From Candidatus Sericytochromatia bacterium (GTDB lineage Bacteria > Cyanobacteriota > Sericytochromatia > S15B-MN24 > VGJW01), in the NCBI GenBank assembly GCA_035285865.1, contig JAYKHS010000028.1, forward strand, positions 96,001 through 160,000: a stretch of DNA of 64,000 nt, written 5' to 3'. Below, in pieces: positions 41,431 through 52,121 of this stretch. The notes below the pieces were generated by a model. That model was not told the DNA's origin. It saw nothing but the letters and a program-made list of their open reading frames with translations, and did no database searches. Numbering within the stretch: position 1 is the first letter of the stretch; each line of letters begins with the position of its first letter. The position numbers were made by a program, and so were the translations under genes.

Positions 41431-42771
41431 ATGCATGCAACCGTGTTTCGGGCCATCCTGCTGGTGGCCGTGACCCTGCTTTCGGCCTGCGGTTCCCCGT
41501 TGCCCCGGGTCGGCCCGGACAGCGCCATCCTGGCGGCAGCTTCCGCCCCCGCAGCCGACCGCGCCGCCTATGTCTCGGGCACCGCGGACGCCCTCGAGAC
41601 CGCCCTGCGCGAGGGTGACGCACGATCCTTCGAGGCATTCGTGGCCTGGGCGGAGGGTGCGGATCCTGATCCGATCGCCACGCGGGCCATCCTTGCGCGC
41701 GTGCTGGAACGGACCTCGGGATCTGCTGTCCTTGCAGCTGGCGCCCGTGCTTGGCGGGTCCGGCTAGCGACCCTCTCGCAGCGGGTGGCCCCCAAAGTGC
41801 GTGCTGTCGCTGCCAAGGCTCCCATCCGCCTGCCCGTCGACGAGACGGCCCACCCGCGTGCCCTGACGGAATGGTGGTACCTGAACGGTCACCTGACGGA
41901 CGGCAAGCGTCGCTACGGCTTTGAGTACACCCTTTTCAAGGTCGGCCCCCTGCTTCGCTGGGCGCACGTGGCCCTTACCGAGGAGTCGTCTGGCCGCTTC
42001 CGCTACTTGCGTGAGCCCATTCGTCGTCGCGAAGCGCTCGAGGCGACAGACAAGCTTGACCTCGCCTACGGCGGCCATCGGTTCCGCGCGATCGGTCCCG
42101 AGGCCTGGTCCCTGACGGGCCGTACCGACGGCGCTCAACTGGACCTCGACTTTTCGACCACCAAGTCGCCGATGCTGATGAACGGTGACGGCATCATAGA
42201 CATGCCGGAAGGCGACTTTTCCTGGTACTACTCGCGCACGCGGCTGGACACTCGTGGCAGCCTCCTGCTTGATGGTCGTCGGCTCGCCGTCACCGGTCTG
42301 TCCTGGTTCGATCACCAGTGGGGTCCGTTCTACGTTACGGGCTTCAAGGAGCGCTGGGACTGGTTCTCCATCCAGACCGACGATGGCACGGATTACAATC
42401 TGTTCGGCTTCCGGAACGGCGACGGTACCGTCGTGGCCCGGTATGCGAACGTGCTGGATGCGGAGGGACGCCTGACGACGGCGCGGGCCTTCGATCTCGA
42501 GCGCCGAGCCTGGTGGCAGAGTCCCCGGACGCGAAAGTGGTACACGACGTCGTGGGCGCTGGCCTTGCCGGATCGTCAGGAGACCTTCCGCCTCGATGCC
42601 ACGGTGCCGGAGCAGGAGCTGGCACGCCGTGTGCCGTTCCTGCTGGATCCATTGCCGGAGTACTGGGAGGGTTCGATGAAGGTGGCCCGTACGGGTCCTG
42701 GCGGCCAAGCCGTGTCAGGATTCGCCTACTGCGAGCACTTCGGCTTCACGGAGCGCCCACAGGCACGCTAG
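41431..42771 (+). CDS. AttH/CrtC-like lipocalin-fold lipoprotein
   Basis: Lipobox LSAC; EWWYLNGHL, SWYYS, SWFDHQWG, WDWF, YWEG. Confidence 0.8.
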   Translation: MHATVFRAILLVAVTLLSACGSPLPRVGPDSAILAAASAPAADRAAYVSGTADALETALREGDARSFEAFVAWAEGADPDPIATRAILARVLERTSGSAVLAAGARAWRVRLATLSQRVAPKVRAVAAKAPIRLPVDETAHPRALTEWWYLNGHLTDGKRRYGFEYTLFKVGPLLRWAHVALTEESSGRFRYLREPIRRREALEATDKLDLAYGGHRFRAIGPEAWSLTGRTDGAQLDLDFSTTKSPMLMNGDGIIDMPEGDFSWYYSRTRLDTRGSLLLDGRRLAVTGLSWFDHQWGPFYVTGFKERWDWFSIQTDDGTDYNLFGFRNGDGTVVARYANVLDAEGRLTTARAFDLERRAWWQSPRTRKWYTTSWALALPDRQETFRLDATVPEQELARRVPFLLDPLPEYWEGSMKVARTGPGGQAVSGFAYCEHFGFTERPQAR

Positions 42772-42959
42772 CCGTCGAGCGGCTCGGTACTGATGGTGGC
42801 CGAGAAGTCTTCCTCGTCGAACGTGATATGGAACTGCATCGGTCGGCAGCAGACCTGGCAGTCCTCGATGAACTGCTGGCTCATGCCTTGGGACAAGTCG
42901 ACCTCGGTGACGCTCTCTTGGCCACACCAGGCACAGACGTAGGTTGCAGTGGTATCCAT
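42768..42959 (-). CDS. CPXCG-type cysteine-rich small protein
   Basis: CAWCG...QQFIEDCQVCCRP. Confidence 0.8.
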   Translation of the reverse strand: MDTTATYVCAWCGQESVTEVDLSQGMSQQFIEDCQVCCRPMQFHITFDEEDFSATISTEPLDG

Positions 42960-42991
42960 GATTCAGGGTTTACCCGCAGAAGGAGGGCAAG

Positions 42992-43876
42992 ATGCGGGCG
43001 CGAGCCTTGATGGCGTGGTTGCCCTTCGCGACCATGGTGGTGCTGGTCGGTTACATGCTGCGCGGCTGGTTGCGCCCCGAAACACCTGCCTACGTGTTGC
43101 TTCCACTCCTGGGCTTGGCAACCGTCGTCCGATTCACGCTGCTGGCTGGTGGCGCCTGCTGGGTCTACTACGGGCCTGCTGGTCGCTGGGTCGGCGCCCC
43201 ACGAATCCAGCAGGCCTGGCCGACACGCGCGCAGATGCTGCGGGAGCTGGGTTGGTCCGTCAGCACGGCTTTGGTCTTCACGGTGATGGCCGGCATCGTG
43301 TTTCTCGCGGCGCGCGCAGGCGTGACACGGATGCTGACGACTCCACCCGATGCGTGGGAGGTGCTGCGCTTGCCTGTGACCGTGTTGGTCATGCTCGTCC
43401 TGCACGACGGGTACTTCTATGCCCTTCATCGCGCCCTGCACTGGGGGCCACTCTTCCGACTGGCTCATCGGGTGCATCATCGGTCGACGCATCCGACTCC
43501 GCTTGCCGCCTTTGCGTTCCATCCGATCGAGGCCGTGCTCGAAGCTGGAATCTTGCCGTTGTTGGTCTTTCTGCTCCCGTGGCGACCGCTGGATTTGGGG
43601 CTGTTTGCCCTTGCCAGCTTGTCGTTGAACGTCCTCGGTCATCTGGGTCACGAGGTCTTCCGGCCAGATTGGGCGCGGCATCGCTTGCTCGGTTGGCTGA
43701 ACACCTCCACGCACCATAACCTGCATCATCAGCATGTCCGGGGGCACTACGGGCTCTACACCAACATCTGGGATCGTTGGTTCGGCTCCCAGCGAAGCGA
43801 CTATGTGGCGCGTTATGAAGCCGTCCACGCCGAACCGCAAGTGCTCGGCTTGACATTGGGCCAAGTACCCGGGTAG
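42992..43876 (+). CDS. Sterol desaturase/fatty acid hydroxylase family protein
   Basis: His boxes HRALH, HRVHH, HHNLHH; FHPIE; YGLYTNIWDRWFG. Confidence 0.9.
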   Translation: MRARALMAWLPFATMVVLVGYMLRGWLRPETPAYVLLPLLGLATVVRFTLLAGGACWVYYGPAGRWVGAPRIQQAWPTRAQMLRELGWSVSTALVFTVMAGIVFLAARAGVTRMLTTPPDAWEVLRLPVTVLVMLVLHDGYFYALHRALHWGPLFRLAHRVHHRSTHPTPLAAFAFHPIEAVLEAGILPLLVFLLPWRPLDLGLFALASLSLNVLGHLGHEVFRPDWARHRLLGWLNTSTHHNLHHQHVRGHYGLYTNIWDRWFGSQRSDYVARYEAVHAEPQVLGLTLGQVPG

Positions 43877-43897
43877 GGTATCCAAAGGAGGCTGCCC

Positions 43898-44224
43898 ATG
43901 TTCGGTTTCGGTGCTTCATCGGTTCCTGTCCTTTCCCCCGAGTCGCTTGCCAGTCGTCTGGAAGCGGGTGAGAAGCCCTGCATCGTGGATGTCCGTGAGC
44001 CTCATGAGACAGCGGCCGGCCATATCCCGGGTGCGCGCCTCGTGCCCTTGGGGACCCTTGAGGCGCATCTCGGCGAGCTGCCCGCTCAAGAGGAAGTCGT
44101 GATGGTCTGCCGCAGCGGTGGCCGCAGTGCCATGGCGACCCAGATGGCCCTGTCCGCGGGCTTGAAGGCCGTGAACATGTCCGGTGGCATGCTGGCTTGG
44201 CGGGGAGCCGTCGTTCGCCCCTGA
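43898..44224 (+). CDS. Rhodanese-like protein
   Basis: DVREPHE, GHIPGA, CRSGGRS, GGMLAW; AGGAGG SD. Confidence 0.92.
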   Translation: MFGFGASSVPVLSPESLASRLEAGEKPCIVDVREPHETAAGHIPGARLVPLGTLEAHLGELPAQEEVVMVCRSGGRSAMATQMALSAGLKAVNMSGGMLAWRGAVVRP

Positions 44225-45246
44225 TGTCCCCGGTGTCAGCGGGGCTCGGGCGGACAGCAACCGGTCTGCTCCTGGGCGCGATTCTGCTGGTCGGACCGCA
44301 TATCGGTCCTGCCGCACAGGCAGAGGCTCTCGGTCCTTTGGCGCACCTCGAGCAGCGCGCGCGGGCTACGGACGCCGATCAGGTACGTGTCGTCCATCGC
44401 GGGCGTGTCCTGCTGGATCGACAGACAGGTCCGGTAGGTGGCCCGATCGATACGTGGTCCGTCACCAAGGGGGTGGCAGGCCTGGTGCTGGGCCCTCTGC
44501 TTGAATCGGGGCGTATCGGTTCGCTTGACTGGCCGTTGTCGCACTGGTTTCCGGGCCAGCTCCGGGGACGAGGTCGCAAGGCCACTTTGCGTCACGTGCT
44601 CGAGCACGCTTCGGGTCTGGCTTCTTCCGACATGGTTGGGCCGCTGAATCGTGCGCCCGACCGCGTGGCTCGGGCACTTGCTGGCGGCTTCGTGGATGAA
44701 CCGGGCACGGTTTTTGCCTACAACAACGAAGCGACAGCCCTGCTGGCAGCCATCATTGCCCAAGCCGCGGGGATGCCTGCAGACCGATGGACCGAGCGCG
44801 TGCTCTTCCGTCCCTTGGGCATTCGGCGCTGGTCCTGGACCCGGGATCGTGCCGGTCATCCCCCCACGTATTCGGGGCTGGCTCTGACCGCAACCGATCT
44901 GGCACGGATTGGCGAGATGCTGGCTGCCGATGGTGTCTGGAAGGGGCAGCGCGTCATGCCAGCCGAGTGGATCCGGACGATGACCACCCCCAATCGCTTG
45001 CTTCCGTCCGCCGGACTGCTCTGGTGGTTGCTGGGGGATACGCGACCGGAGGCTGCCGGTCCCCGGCGCCAGGCCTTCCTTGCCGATGGCTGGCTTGGCC
45101 AGTACCTGGTGGTCTTCCCTCGGGAGGGCCTGGTTGCCGTAAGGCTCCGCGCCCGGCGAAACGACGACACCCTTGCCGCGCGCCAGCGTCACGCCCAGGA
45201 AGACTTCATCGAGGACGCCTGGCGCCTGGCACAGACTTTACGCTGA
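44224..45246 (+). CDS. Serine hydrolase, beta-lactamase family
   Basis: SVTK (SxxK), YNN, DLARIG; signal peptide; TGATG coupling. Confidence 0.85.
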   Translation: MSPVSAGLGRTATGLLLGAILLVGPHIGPAAQAEALGPLAHLEQRARATDADQVRVVHRGRVLLDRQTGPVGGPIDTWSVTKGVAGLVLGPLLESGRIGSLDWPLSHWFPGQLRGRGRKATLRHVLEHASGLASSDMVGPLNRAPDRVARALAGGFVDEPGTVFAYNNEATALLAAIIAQAAGMPADRWTERVLFRPLGIRRWSWTRDRAGHPPTYSGLALTATDLARIGEMLAADGVWKGQRVMPAEWIRTMTTPNRLLPSAGLLWWLLGDTRPEAAGPRRQAFLADGWLGQYLVVFPREGLVAVRLRARRNDDTLAARQRHAQEDFIEDAWRLAQTLR

Positions 45247-45582
45247 GTCATCCGCCGCAAGGTGGCGCGTGGTGCGTCGCAGCCATTTGCGTGTCCCGAA
45301 GGTATCCCCGGAAGCCGAACCTGTAGCCAGGGGAGCACGTGCCGGAAGCCCTTGGATACTGCGCAGGTGGCGGTCCTGGAGGCCGGAGTCCTCCATGGCT
45401 TGCATCAGGCGCCGAGCAGCGTCCGAGAGCGCCTTGAGCGCACGCAGCCTTTGCACGCGGGCGGCTGGCTGCCCTTGGATGAGCTGAATGGCAGAGAGCA
45501 GTTGTCCATGCCCGCCGGGACCGACGAACGGACGCGTGCCTTGGGCGGGGCGGGGGGAGTCCTGAAAAGGTAAAGTTCGCAC
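45238..45582 (-). CDS. Hypothetical protein
   Basis: Best ORF filling the gap; no family recognised. Confidence 0.3.
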   Translation of the reverse strand: MRTLPFQDSPRPAQGTRPFVGPGGHGQLLSAIQLIQGQPAARVQRLRALKALSDAARRLMQAMEDSGLQDRHLRSIQGLPARAPLATGSASGDTFGTRKWLRRTTRHLAADDSA

Positions 45583-45670
45583 AGAGGCCTTGTCGGTCGA
45601 TGACCCGCTCGTCGGAAGCTTTCCGCTCGATTTTCAGCGAGCCTTAACCCGCATCGGCGCGTTCTCGCCC

Positions 45671-45715
45671 AAAGACAACGGGCGCCTCGTCTGCGGAAGG
45701 ATGACGAAGCGCCCG
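45671..45715 (-). terminator. Intrinsic terminator after the S8 protease
   Basis: Minus strand CGGGCGCTTCGTC-loop-GACGAGGCGCCCG followed by TTGTCTTT. Confidence 0.7.
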
Positions 45716-45729
45716 CCTGAATCCGTGGC

Positions 45730-46983
45730 TTAGAGCTGGACGGCCTTGAGTGCGTTGATGCGGCCGTGGCCGAAACGGACGTCGAAACCGAGGCCGCCCT
45801 TGTCCTCGGTAGCCTTGTGCAGCAGCTCCTTGACGTCGGCCTGCTTGAGTTCGGGGTGCTGGCTGCGGATCAAGGCCACGACACCGGCCGCGCCAGGGGC
45901 CGCCATGCTGGTGCCGCTCATCTTGCCGTACTTGCCATTGGGCAGGGTCGAGATGATGTCGACGCCGGGGGCCGCGACGGTGACGGTCTTGCCCCAGTTG
46001 CTGAAGGAAGCGGTCTTGTCCTTGCTGTCCGTGGCGGCCACCTCGATGACGCCGGGGTAGGTCGAGGGCAGGTGGGGCTTCTTGACGGGGTCGTTCTCCG
46101 CACCATTATTGCCGGCAGAGGCCACGATCGAGCAGTCCCGATCGAGGGCATACTGCAGGGCCTCCTCGATGACCTTGTCCGAGCGATAGATGCCGAGGCT
46201 GGCGCTGATGACCTTGGCGCCCTGATCAGCGGCGTAGATGAAGCCGGCGGCGATGGACTTGGAATCGCCGGAACCGTTGGCGTCCAGGACCTGAATGGCC
46301 ATCAGCGAGACGCCGGGAGCCATGCCTGCACCGCCTTCGCGGTTGTTCGCGGCTGCCGCGGCGATGCCGGCGGTATGCGTGCCGTGGCCGTGGCTGTCGG
46401 AAACCTTGGCATCCTTGGTGAAGACGTTGTAGAGGCCGACTTGGGGATCGAGCTGCGGCACCAGGTCAGGATGCTTGGGGTCGATGCCGGTGTCGACGAC
46501 CGCGAGGCGAACCGACTTCTGTCCGGGCTGGATGTCCCACGCCTTCTCGGCTTCGGTAAGCGCCAGATGGTACTGGGCGCCGGCCTGGGGATCGTTCAGG
46601 ACGAACTTCGGGGCGAAAGCGGCGGGGAGGAAGGTCTCCACGCTCACCGGCCGATCGAAGGTGTAGCGGCGATTCAGCGAGGCGCCGGCGACGCCGGACT
46701 TGCCGGCGAGGGCGGCCACTACGGCCTCTGGCGACTGACCCTGGGGCACGGCCACGCTGATCACGCCGAGCCGCTCGAGGCTGCGATCGAGAACCTTGTA
46801 GGGAAGCGCGGCATCGGCCATCGGGTTTGCCAGTCGGACGAGCACTTCACGCGTCGAGACGCCATCTGCCCGGAAGTCGCCCTGGCGAAGGCCGGCGATC
46901 TGCAGACCGGGCTGCGTGGCGACGGCCGCGCCGCAGCCGGCGAGGACAGAGGCAGTGACGCTGGCGGCGACGAGAGCACGCAT
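45730..46983 (-). CDS. Subtilisin-like S8 serine protease, lipoprotein
   Basis: Lipobox LAGC; AVVDTG (Asp), HGTHTAG (His), SAGN, GTSMAAP (Ser). Confidence 0.93.
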   Translation of the reverse strand: MRALVAASVTASVLAGCGAAVATQPGLQIAGLRQGDFRADGVSTREVLVRLANPMADAALPYKVLDRSLERLGVISVAVPQGQSPEAVVAALAGKSGVAGASLNRRYTFDRPVSVETFLPAAFAPKFVLNDPQAGAQYHLALTEAEKAWDIQPGQKSVRLAVVDTGIDPKHPDLVPQLDPQVGLYNVFTKDAKVSDSHGHGTHTAGIAAAAANNREGGAGMAPGVSLMAIQVLDANGSGDSKSIAAGFIYAADQGAKVISASLGIYRSDKVIEEALQYALDRDCSIVASAGNNGAENDPVKKPHLPSTYPGVIEVAATDSKDKTASFSNWGKTVTVAAPGVDIISTLPNGKYGKMSGTSMAAPGAAGVVALIRSQHPELKQADVKELLHKATEDKGGLGFDVRFGHGRINALKAVQL

Positions 46984-47079
46984 CTTCACGGGGAACTCCT
47001 GAGGGGGGCAGCTGAGGGTTACTTGTCTCGATATTAACAGACTTTTAATGGTCGTCAATACTTTTTAGAAAGATTCTCC

Positions 47080-47123
47080 AGAAAGCCGAAAACCCCGTGG
47101 CCACAAGGGTCATCGGGGTTTTC
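47080..47123 (-). terminator. Probable (possibly bidirectional) intrinsic terminator after the M16 genes
   Basis: Inverted repeat GAAAACCCCG...CGGGGTTTTC at 47088-47123. Confidence 0.65.
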
Positions 47124-47166
47124 CCGCGCGCTTCGCCGGTGTCGGATTATTAAATCCGTGTCTCGT

Positions 47167-48597
47167 TCAGTCCAGCAGGCTCGTCGCCTCGGTGCGGGTC
47201 ACGGTGCCGAAGCGCCCGAGGCCTGGCGCAACGGATTCCTCAGGGCCTACCACCGTCAGGCTGTAGCGGCCGGTCCTCAGGTATTGCGCGGCAACCCCCT
47301 GGATGCGGGAAGCCGTCAGGCTGCGGATCCGCTCCGGATAGGCCCGGAACCAGTCTTCGCCCAGATCGTGGAACCGCATCGCCGCGACCTGCCCGGCCAC
47401 GTCCGCGCCGGATTCGAACCGGCTGCCCCAGGATCCTGTCAGGTACTCCTTCGCGGCTTCGAGCTCCGTCCGGGTCGGGCCTTGCTCGGCCATCCGCCGC
47501 ATCTGCCCGAGCAGGCTGTCGATGGCCTTGCCGGCACTGGCCGTCTTGGTCTGCAGTTCCAGGACGAGGCGACCCTCTGCGGCCTGAGCCTGTTGGGAGG
47601 CGTAGGCGCCGTACGCGAGGCCCTGCTTGTCCCGGATGTCGGCGTAGAGGCGTCCGCGAGACGAGCCTCCGAGGATGTAGGCCATCACCGCGAGGGGCAG
47701 ATGGTCGGGATGGCGACGCGCCACCGAGGGCAGGTCCAGCTGGATGTAGGCCTGGGTCACGGGCATCGGCACGAAGAGCACCCGGCGTCCGGCCGAGACG
47801 CGGTGGGGCGGCAGGGGGCGGGCCGCATCCGCCCGGGGGCCTTCGCGCCAGCTCCCGAGCGCCGTGCGTAGCGCAGTTGCCAGGCGCTGCGGATCCAGGT
47901 CGCCGACGGCCACGAACTCGATGTTGCCCGGACGGATGGCCGTGTCGCGGAAGCGGAGAAGGTCGGCGGTCGTGATGGCTCCGAGGCCACTCCGCGTTCC
48001 TTGGCCAGGATGCGCGTATGGATGGGTGCCGAAGTGATTACGGGCAGCAGCCAGGCCCACGATGGCATTGGCGTCATCGAGGGTGCTGCGCATGGCCGCA
48101 AGGCGCTGGTCGCGCGCCAACTCGAGCTCGGCCGCGGGAAAGTCGGGTCGCGTCAGCATGTCGGCCAGCAGCGTGGTGCCGAGGTCCAGATGCTCGGACA
48201 GGCCGGTGAATCGCACGAGCATGCGATCGTCGTCGACTTCGACTGCCACGTCCGCCCCCACGGCATCGAGCATCTCGTCGATCTCGGCACCGGTACGGCC
48301 GGCTGCGCCACGCTTGAGCAGGGCCCCGGCCAAGCTCGCGAGGCCGATGCGGTCTTGGGGATCCTGGGCCGACCCGGTGCGGACGAGCGCCAGCAGGGTC
48401 ACGACAGGCATGCCGGGGCGACGCACGACGTGCAGCGGCAGGCCCGAGCCGATGGTCAGCTTCTCGGGGCGCGGCAGGGCATCGCTCGCCCGGGCAAGCT
48501 GGCCGGGGGCGGCGCTGGCCGCGAGCGGTCCTCCGACGATCGTACCCGAGGCGAGCCCGAGCACGGCGACCATCAGGCCAAGTGGTGAACGCGGCAT
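47167..48597 (-). CDS. M16 peptidase, non-catalytic subunit
   Basis: M16 fold motifs (HPY, LGGSSRGRLY..IRDKQGLAYG) but no HxxEH. Confidence 0.85.
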   Translation of the reverse strand: MPRSPLGLMVAVLGLASGTIVGGPLAASAAPGQLARASDALPRPEKLTIGSGLPLHVVRRPGMPVVTLLALVRTGSAQDPQDRIGLASLAGALLKRGAAGRTGAEIDEMLDAVGADVAVEVDDDRMLVRFTGLSEHLDLGTTLLADMLTRPDFPAAELELARDQRLAAMRSTLDDANAIVGLAAARNHFGTHPYAHPGQGTRSGLGAITTADLLRFRDTAIRPGNIEFVAVGDLDPQRLATALRTALGSWREGPRADAARPLPPHRVSAGRRVLFVPMPVTQAYIQLDLPSVARRHPDHLPLAVMAYILGGSSRGRLYADIRDKQGLAYGAYASQQAQAAEGRLVLELQTKTASAGKAIDSLLGQMRRMAEQGPTRTELEAAKEYLTGSWGSRFESGADVAGQVAAMRFHDLGEDWFRAYPERIRSLTASRIQGVAAQYLRTGRYSLTVVGPEESVAPGLGRFGTVTRTEATSLLD

Positions 48598-48598
48598 C

Positions 48599-49969
48599 TC
48601 AGCGGCCCCCAGTCTCGCCGGAACCCGTGGCATCGGGCTCGAGGACAATCACGGAACGATTGGCCTTGCGGAAGGTTCGCGCCGCGACCTCGCGGACCTT
48701 TTCCGGTGTCACGGCCGCGAGACCCGGGACCACGTCGAACGCTCGGCGCCAGTCCCCGAGCATGGCGGCGGTGCCAAGCTCGATGCCAAGGTCGTGGTTT
48801 TTTTCCATGCCCATCAGGTGGGCCGCCCGTGCCTGGTCGAAGGCCTTCTGGCGCTCCCGCTCGGTGATGGGCTCCCGGGCCAGACGGTCCAGGGCAGCCT
48901 GCAGTTCCATTTCGAGTTCTTCCGCGGTGTGACCGGGCATCGGCACGGCATACACGAGGAAAAGTCCGGGGTCGAGTCCGGCCATCGCGCTGGCGCCCAC
49001 GTCCTGGGCCAGTTTGCGGGTATCCACCAGGTCCTTCTGCAGGCGCGAGGAGCGCCCTGAGGACAGGATGCGCTCGGCCATCACGAGGGCATGGTAGTCC
49101 GCATCCGCGCGATTGCCGATGTGATAGGCGAGCATGACGGCAGGTGCCTGCACCGGTCGTAGGAGCGTGGTCCGGCGCTCGCCGCGCTGCGGAGGCTCCA
49201 CGGGAACCGCCCGGTCGACCTTGGGGCCACGCGGGATGTTCCCGAACGCCGTCGCGACACTCCGGAAGGCGACGTCCGGCTTGACGTCCCCGGTCACGAC
49301 GACGACGGCCTGGTCAGGGTGATAGTGCCGCTTGTAGTAGGCCATGGCCCGGTCCCGGGTCATCCGATCGAGGTCGTCCATCCAACCGACGACGGGCCAT
49401 CGGTAGGGATGCTGGACATAGGCGGTGGCGCCGAGCATCTCCCACATCATCCCGAAGGGGTCGTTCTCTGTACGCCAGCGTCGCTCCTCCTTGACCACCG
49501 AGAGTTCCGAACCGAATTTTTCGGTCGGCATGAGCAGGCCGCGCATCCGGTCCGCCTCGAGCGAGGCCGCAAGCGCGAGGCGATCCGCCGGCAGGTCGAC
49601 GTAGTAGGCCGTGAAGTCCTCGGTGGTGAAGGCATTGTTGCTGCCGCCGTTGCGTTCGACCAGCTCGTCGTAGCGACCGGTCGGATAACCGGGCGAGCCT
49701 TGGAACATCAGGTGTTCGACGAGGTGCGAGATGCCGGACTCGCCGATGGCCTCGTCTCTGGAGCCTGCGCGATACCAGACCTGAAAGCTGATCAGCGGGG
49801 CGTGATGGCGCGGGGCCACCAACACCTCGAGTCCGTTCGCCAGCTTGCGCTGATGAACGACCACGCCATCGGCATCCGCTCGTGCATGCTTTGCGAGGGC
49901 AGGCACGGCAACGACAAGCCCGGCGAGTGCCAGGGCCCAGGCAACGACTCGTCGCGACATCGGTGTCAC
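48599..49969 (-). CDS. M16 zinc peptidase, catalytic subunit
   Basis: [11 protein letters not shown] (HxxEH), NAFT, EERR, HPY; signal peptide. Confidence 0.92.
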   Translation of the reverse strand: MTPMSRRVVAWALALAGLVVAVPALAKHARADADGVVVHQRKLANGLEVLVAPRHHAPLISFQVWYRAGSRDEAIGESGISHLVEHLMFQGSPGYPTGRYDELVERNGGSNNAFTTEDFTAYYVDLPADRLALAASLEADRMRGLLMPTEKFGSELSVVKEERRWRTENDPFGMMWEMLGATAYVQHPYRWPVVGWMDDLDRMTRDRAMAYYKRHYHPDQAVVVVTGDVKPDVAFRSVATAFGNIPRGPKVDRAVPVEPPQRGERRTTLLRPVQAPAVMLAYHIGNRADADYHALVMAERILSSGRSSRLQKDLVDTRKLAQDVGASAMAGLDPGLFLVYAVPMPGHTAEELEMELQAALDRLAREPITERERQKAFDQARAAHLMGMEKNHDLGIELGTAAMLGDWRRAFDVVPGLAAVTPEKVREVAARTFRKANRSVIVLEPDATGSGETGGR

Positions 49970-50640
49970 GCCTCCTGTGGCTCGGGGAGCCGCATCTCGT
50001 GGACGTCCTCCGCCACCCGAAGCGGCACGCCGGTGCGGGCGCGGACTTCATCCACCGTGACTCCCGGGGCCGTCTCCAGCAGGACGAGGCCTTCCGAGTC
50101 CACCTCAATCACGGCCAAGTCCGACACGATTAGCGACACGCAGCCGCGTGCGGTGAGCGGCAGCGTGCATTCGGGCAAGATCTTGGGGCTGCCGTCCTTG
50201 GCGCAATGCTCCATCGCCACCACGACCCGTCGCGCCCCCGCCACGAGGTCCATCGCGCCACCCATCCCCTTGACCATCTTGCCGGGGATGAGCCAGTTGG
50301 CGAGATCGCCCTTCCCGGAGACCTGCATCGCGCCCAGCACCGTCAGGTCGACATGCCCGCCCCGGATCATGGCAAAGGAGTCAGCCGAGCTGAAGTATGC
50401 CGAGCCGGGCACATCCGTGATGGTCTGCTTGCCTGCGTTGATCAGATCCGGGTCTTCCTCGCCTTCGAAGGGAAAGGGACCGATGCCGAGCAGGCCATTC
50501 TCGCTCTGGAGGACCACGTCCATGCCGGCCGGTATGTGGTTGGCGACGAGGGTGGGGATACCGATCCCCAGGTTGACGTAGTAGCCGTCGCGCAGTTCCT
50601 GCGCGATGCGTCGGGCGATCTGATGCCTATCGAGGGCCAT
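49966..50640 (-). CDS. scoB: 3-oxoacid CoA-transferase subunit B
   Basis: [14 protein letters not shown] (catalytic Glu), GMGGAMDL. Confidence 0.9.
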   Translation of the reverse strand: MALDRHQIARRIAQELRDGYYVNLGIGIPTLVANHIPAGMDVVLQSENGLLGIGPFPFEGEEDPDLINAGKQTITDVPGSAYFSSADSFAMIRGGHVDLTVLGAMQVSGKGDLANWLIPGKMVKGMGGAMDLVAGARRVVVAMEHCAKDGSPKILPECTLPLTARGCVSLIVSDLAVIEVDSEGLVLLETAPGVTVDEVRARTGVPLRVAEDVHEMRLPEPQEA

Positions 50641-50649
50641 GAGGTGCTC

Positions 50650-51363
50650 CTAAGCCCGGGCTGCCGCGCGGGGGCGTGTCGTGCGCTGCTCGATCCGCTT
50701 CTCGTAGTGCGTGCCGTGGATGATGCGTTGCACATAAATCCCCGGCGTATGCACGTGGTCGGGATCCAGCGTGCCGGGCTTCACCAGATGCTCGACCTCT
50801 GCCACCGTGACTCGGGCGGCTGTCGCCATCATCGGGTTGAAGTTGCGCGTGGTCTTGCGGTAGACAAGGTTGCCCGTCGTGTCGCCGGTCCACGCTTTGA
50901 CCACGGCGAGGTCGGCGAACAGCGCCCGCTCCATCACGTACCAGCGGCCGTCGAATTCGCGAGTTTCCTTGCCTTCGGCCACGAGCGTGCCGTAGCCCGT
51001 CGGGGTGTAGAAAGCCGGGATTCCGGCTCCGCCTGCGCGAATGCGTTCGGCGAGCGTCCCTTGCGGGACCAGTTCGATCTCGAGTTCGCCGGAGAGGACC
51101 AGTTCCTCGAAGAGCTTGTTCTCGCCCACGTAGGAACTGACCATCTTGCGGACCTGGCGCCGCTGCAGAAGCAGGCCGATCCCGAAGTCGTCCACGCCAG
51201 CATTGTTGGAGATGAAGGTCAGGTCACGGACCCCGGAATCCCGGATGGCCAGCAGCAGGTGCTCGGGCAGTCCGCACAGCCCGAAGCCGCCGGCCATGAT
51301 GGTCATGCCGTCGTGCAACAGGCCGGAAAGCGCCTCGACGGCGTCCTTGCGAACCTTGTTCAT
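50650..51363 (-). CDS. scoA: 3-oxoacid CoA-transferase subunit A
   Basis: GGFGLCG, SNNAG, PQGTLAERIRAGGAGIPAFY, RNFNP. Confidence 0.9.
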   Translation of the reverse strand: MNKVRKDAVEALSGLLHDGMTIMAGGFGLCGLPEHLLLAIRDSGVRDLTFISNNAGVDDFGIGLLLQRRQVRKMVSSYVGENKLFEELVLSGELEIELVPQGTLAERIRAGGAGIPAFYTPTGYGTLVAEGKETREFDGRWYVMERALFADLAVVKAWTGDTTGNLVYRKTTRNFNPMMATAARVTVAEVEHLVKPGTLDPDHVHTPGIYVQRIIHGTHYEKRIEQRTTRPRAAARA

Positions 51364-52052
51364 CATTTGCCGTCCTGAAGGATCCGGGCCTTGACGATGC
51401 GATCGGGCTTCACGCCGGGCCGGGGAGCGTTGTCCGGCGTCATCGTGCGGGTCAGCTTGGCGAGCACGGCCTGGCCCTTGATGACCTGGCCGAAGACCAC
51501 GTAGCCCCCGATGGGCTGGCCCTTGTCGTCCAGCCGGGTGTCCAGCTGGGGCAGGGGCACGAAGTCGATGAAGAACTGGCTTCCGGCCGAGTCCAGCGAC
51601 GCAGAGCGCGCCATCCCGATGGCACCGGGGATGTGCTTGAGGGGCGTGCGCTCGAACCTGATGGTGTAGCCAGGGCCGCCAGTCCCGGTGCCGGTGGGGT
51701 CTCCGCCCTGGGCGACGAAGCCCTCGATGACCCGATGGAAGGGCGTGTTGTCGTAAAAGCCCTTGCGCACCAGACGCAGGAAATTGTCCGTGGTCTTGGG
51801 GGCGTCCTTCTCGAAGAGTCCGATGACGAGGTTGCCCTTGGTGGTCTGCACCTCGACCCTGCGGCCGAGGACCAGCTTCTTGCCTGCTGCCCCGGAGGCC
51901 GCGGCCAAGGCTTCCGCCTCTTCGGTCACGACCGTCGGCCGCTTGCGCTTGGTCTCCTGAGCAGGGACGGCCTTCTTCGCCGCCATCGCGGGCGCGGCCG
52001 CGACGGAAAGCAGGGTCAGGGCCACGAGGGCAGGCTTGATGCGACGGTGCAT
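51363..52052 (-). CDS. Cyclophilin-type peptidyl-prolyl isomerase, exported
   Basis: Signal peptide; FHRVIEGFVAQGGDP, GMAR, AGSQFFI, YVVFGQV. Confidence 0.93.
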   Translation of the reverse strand: MHRRIKPALVALTLLSVAAAPAMAAKKAVPAQETKRKRPTVVTEEAEALAAASGAAGKKLVLGRRVEVQTTKGNLVIGLFEKDAPKTTDNFLRLVRKGFYDNTPFHRVIEGFVAQGGDPTGTGTGGPGYTIRFERTPLKHIPGAIGMARSASLDSAGSQFFIDFVPLPQLDTRLDDKGQPIGGYVVFGQVIKGQAVLAKLTRTMTPDNAPRPGVKPDRIVKARILQDGK

Positions 52053-52121
52053 GTTCGACTCCTTCACGATGCCCCACGATAACGCAACGGCAAGGAGATC
52101 GTCGAACGTCAGGGTGGGGTC

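Noticed and set aside
47167..48597. Pseudogenised M16 peptidase
   Set aside because: Loss of HxxEH in the second gene of a tandem pair is the known heterodimeric M16B arrangement, and the ORF is intact.
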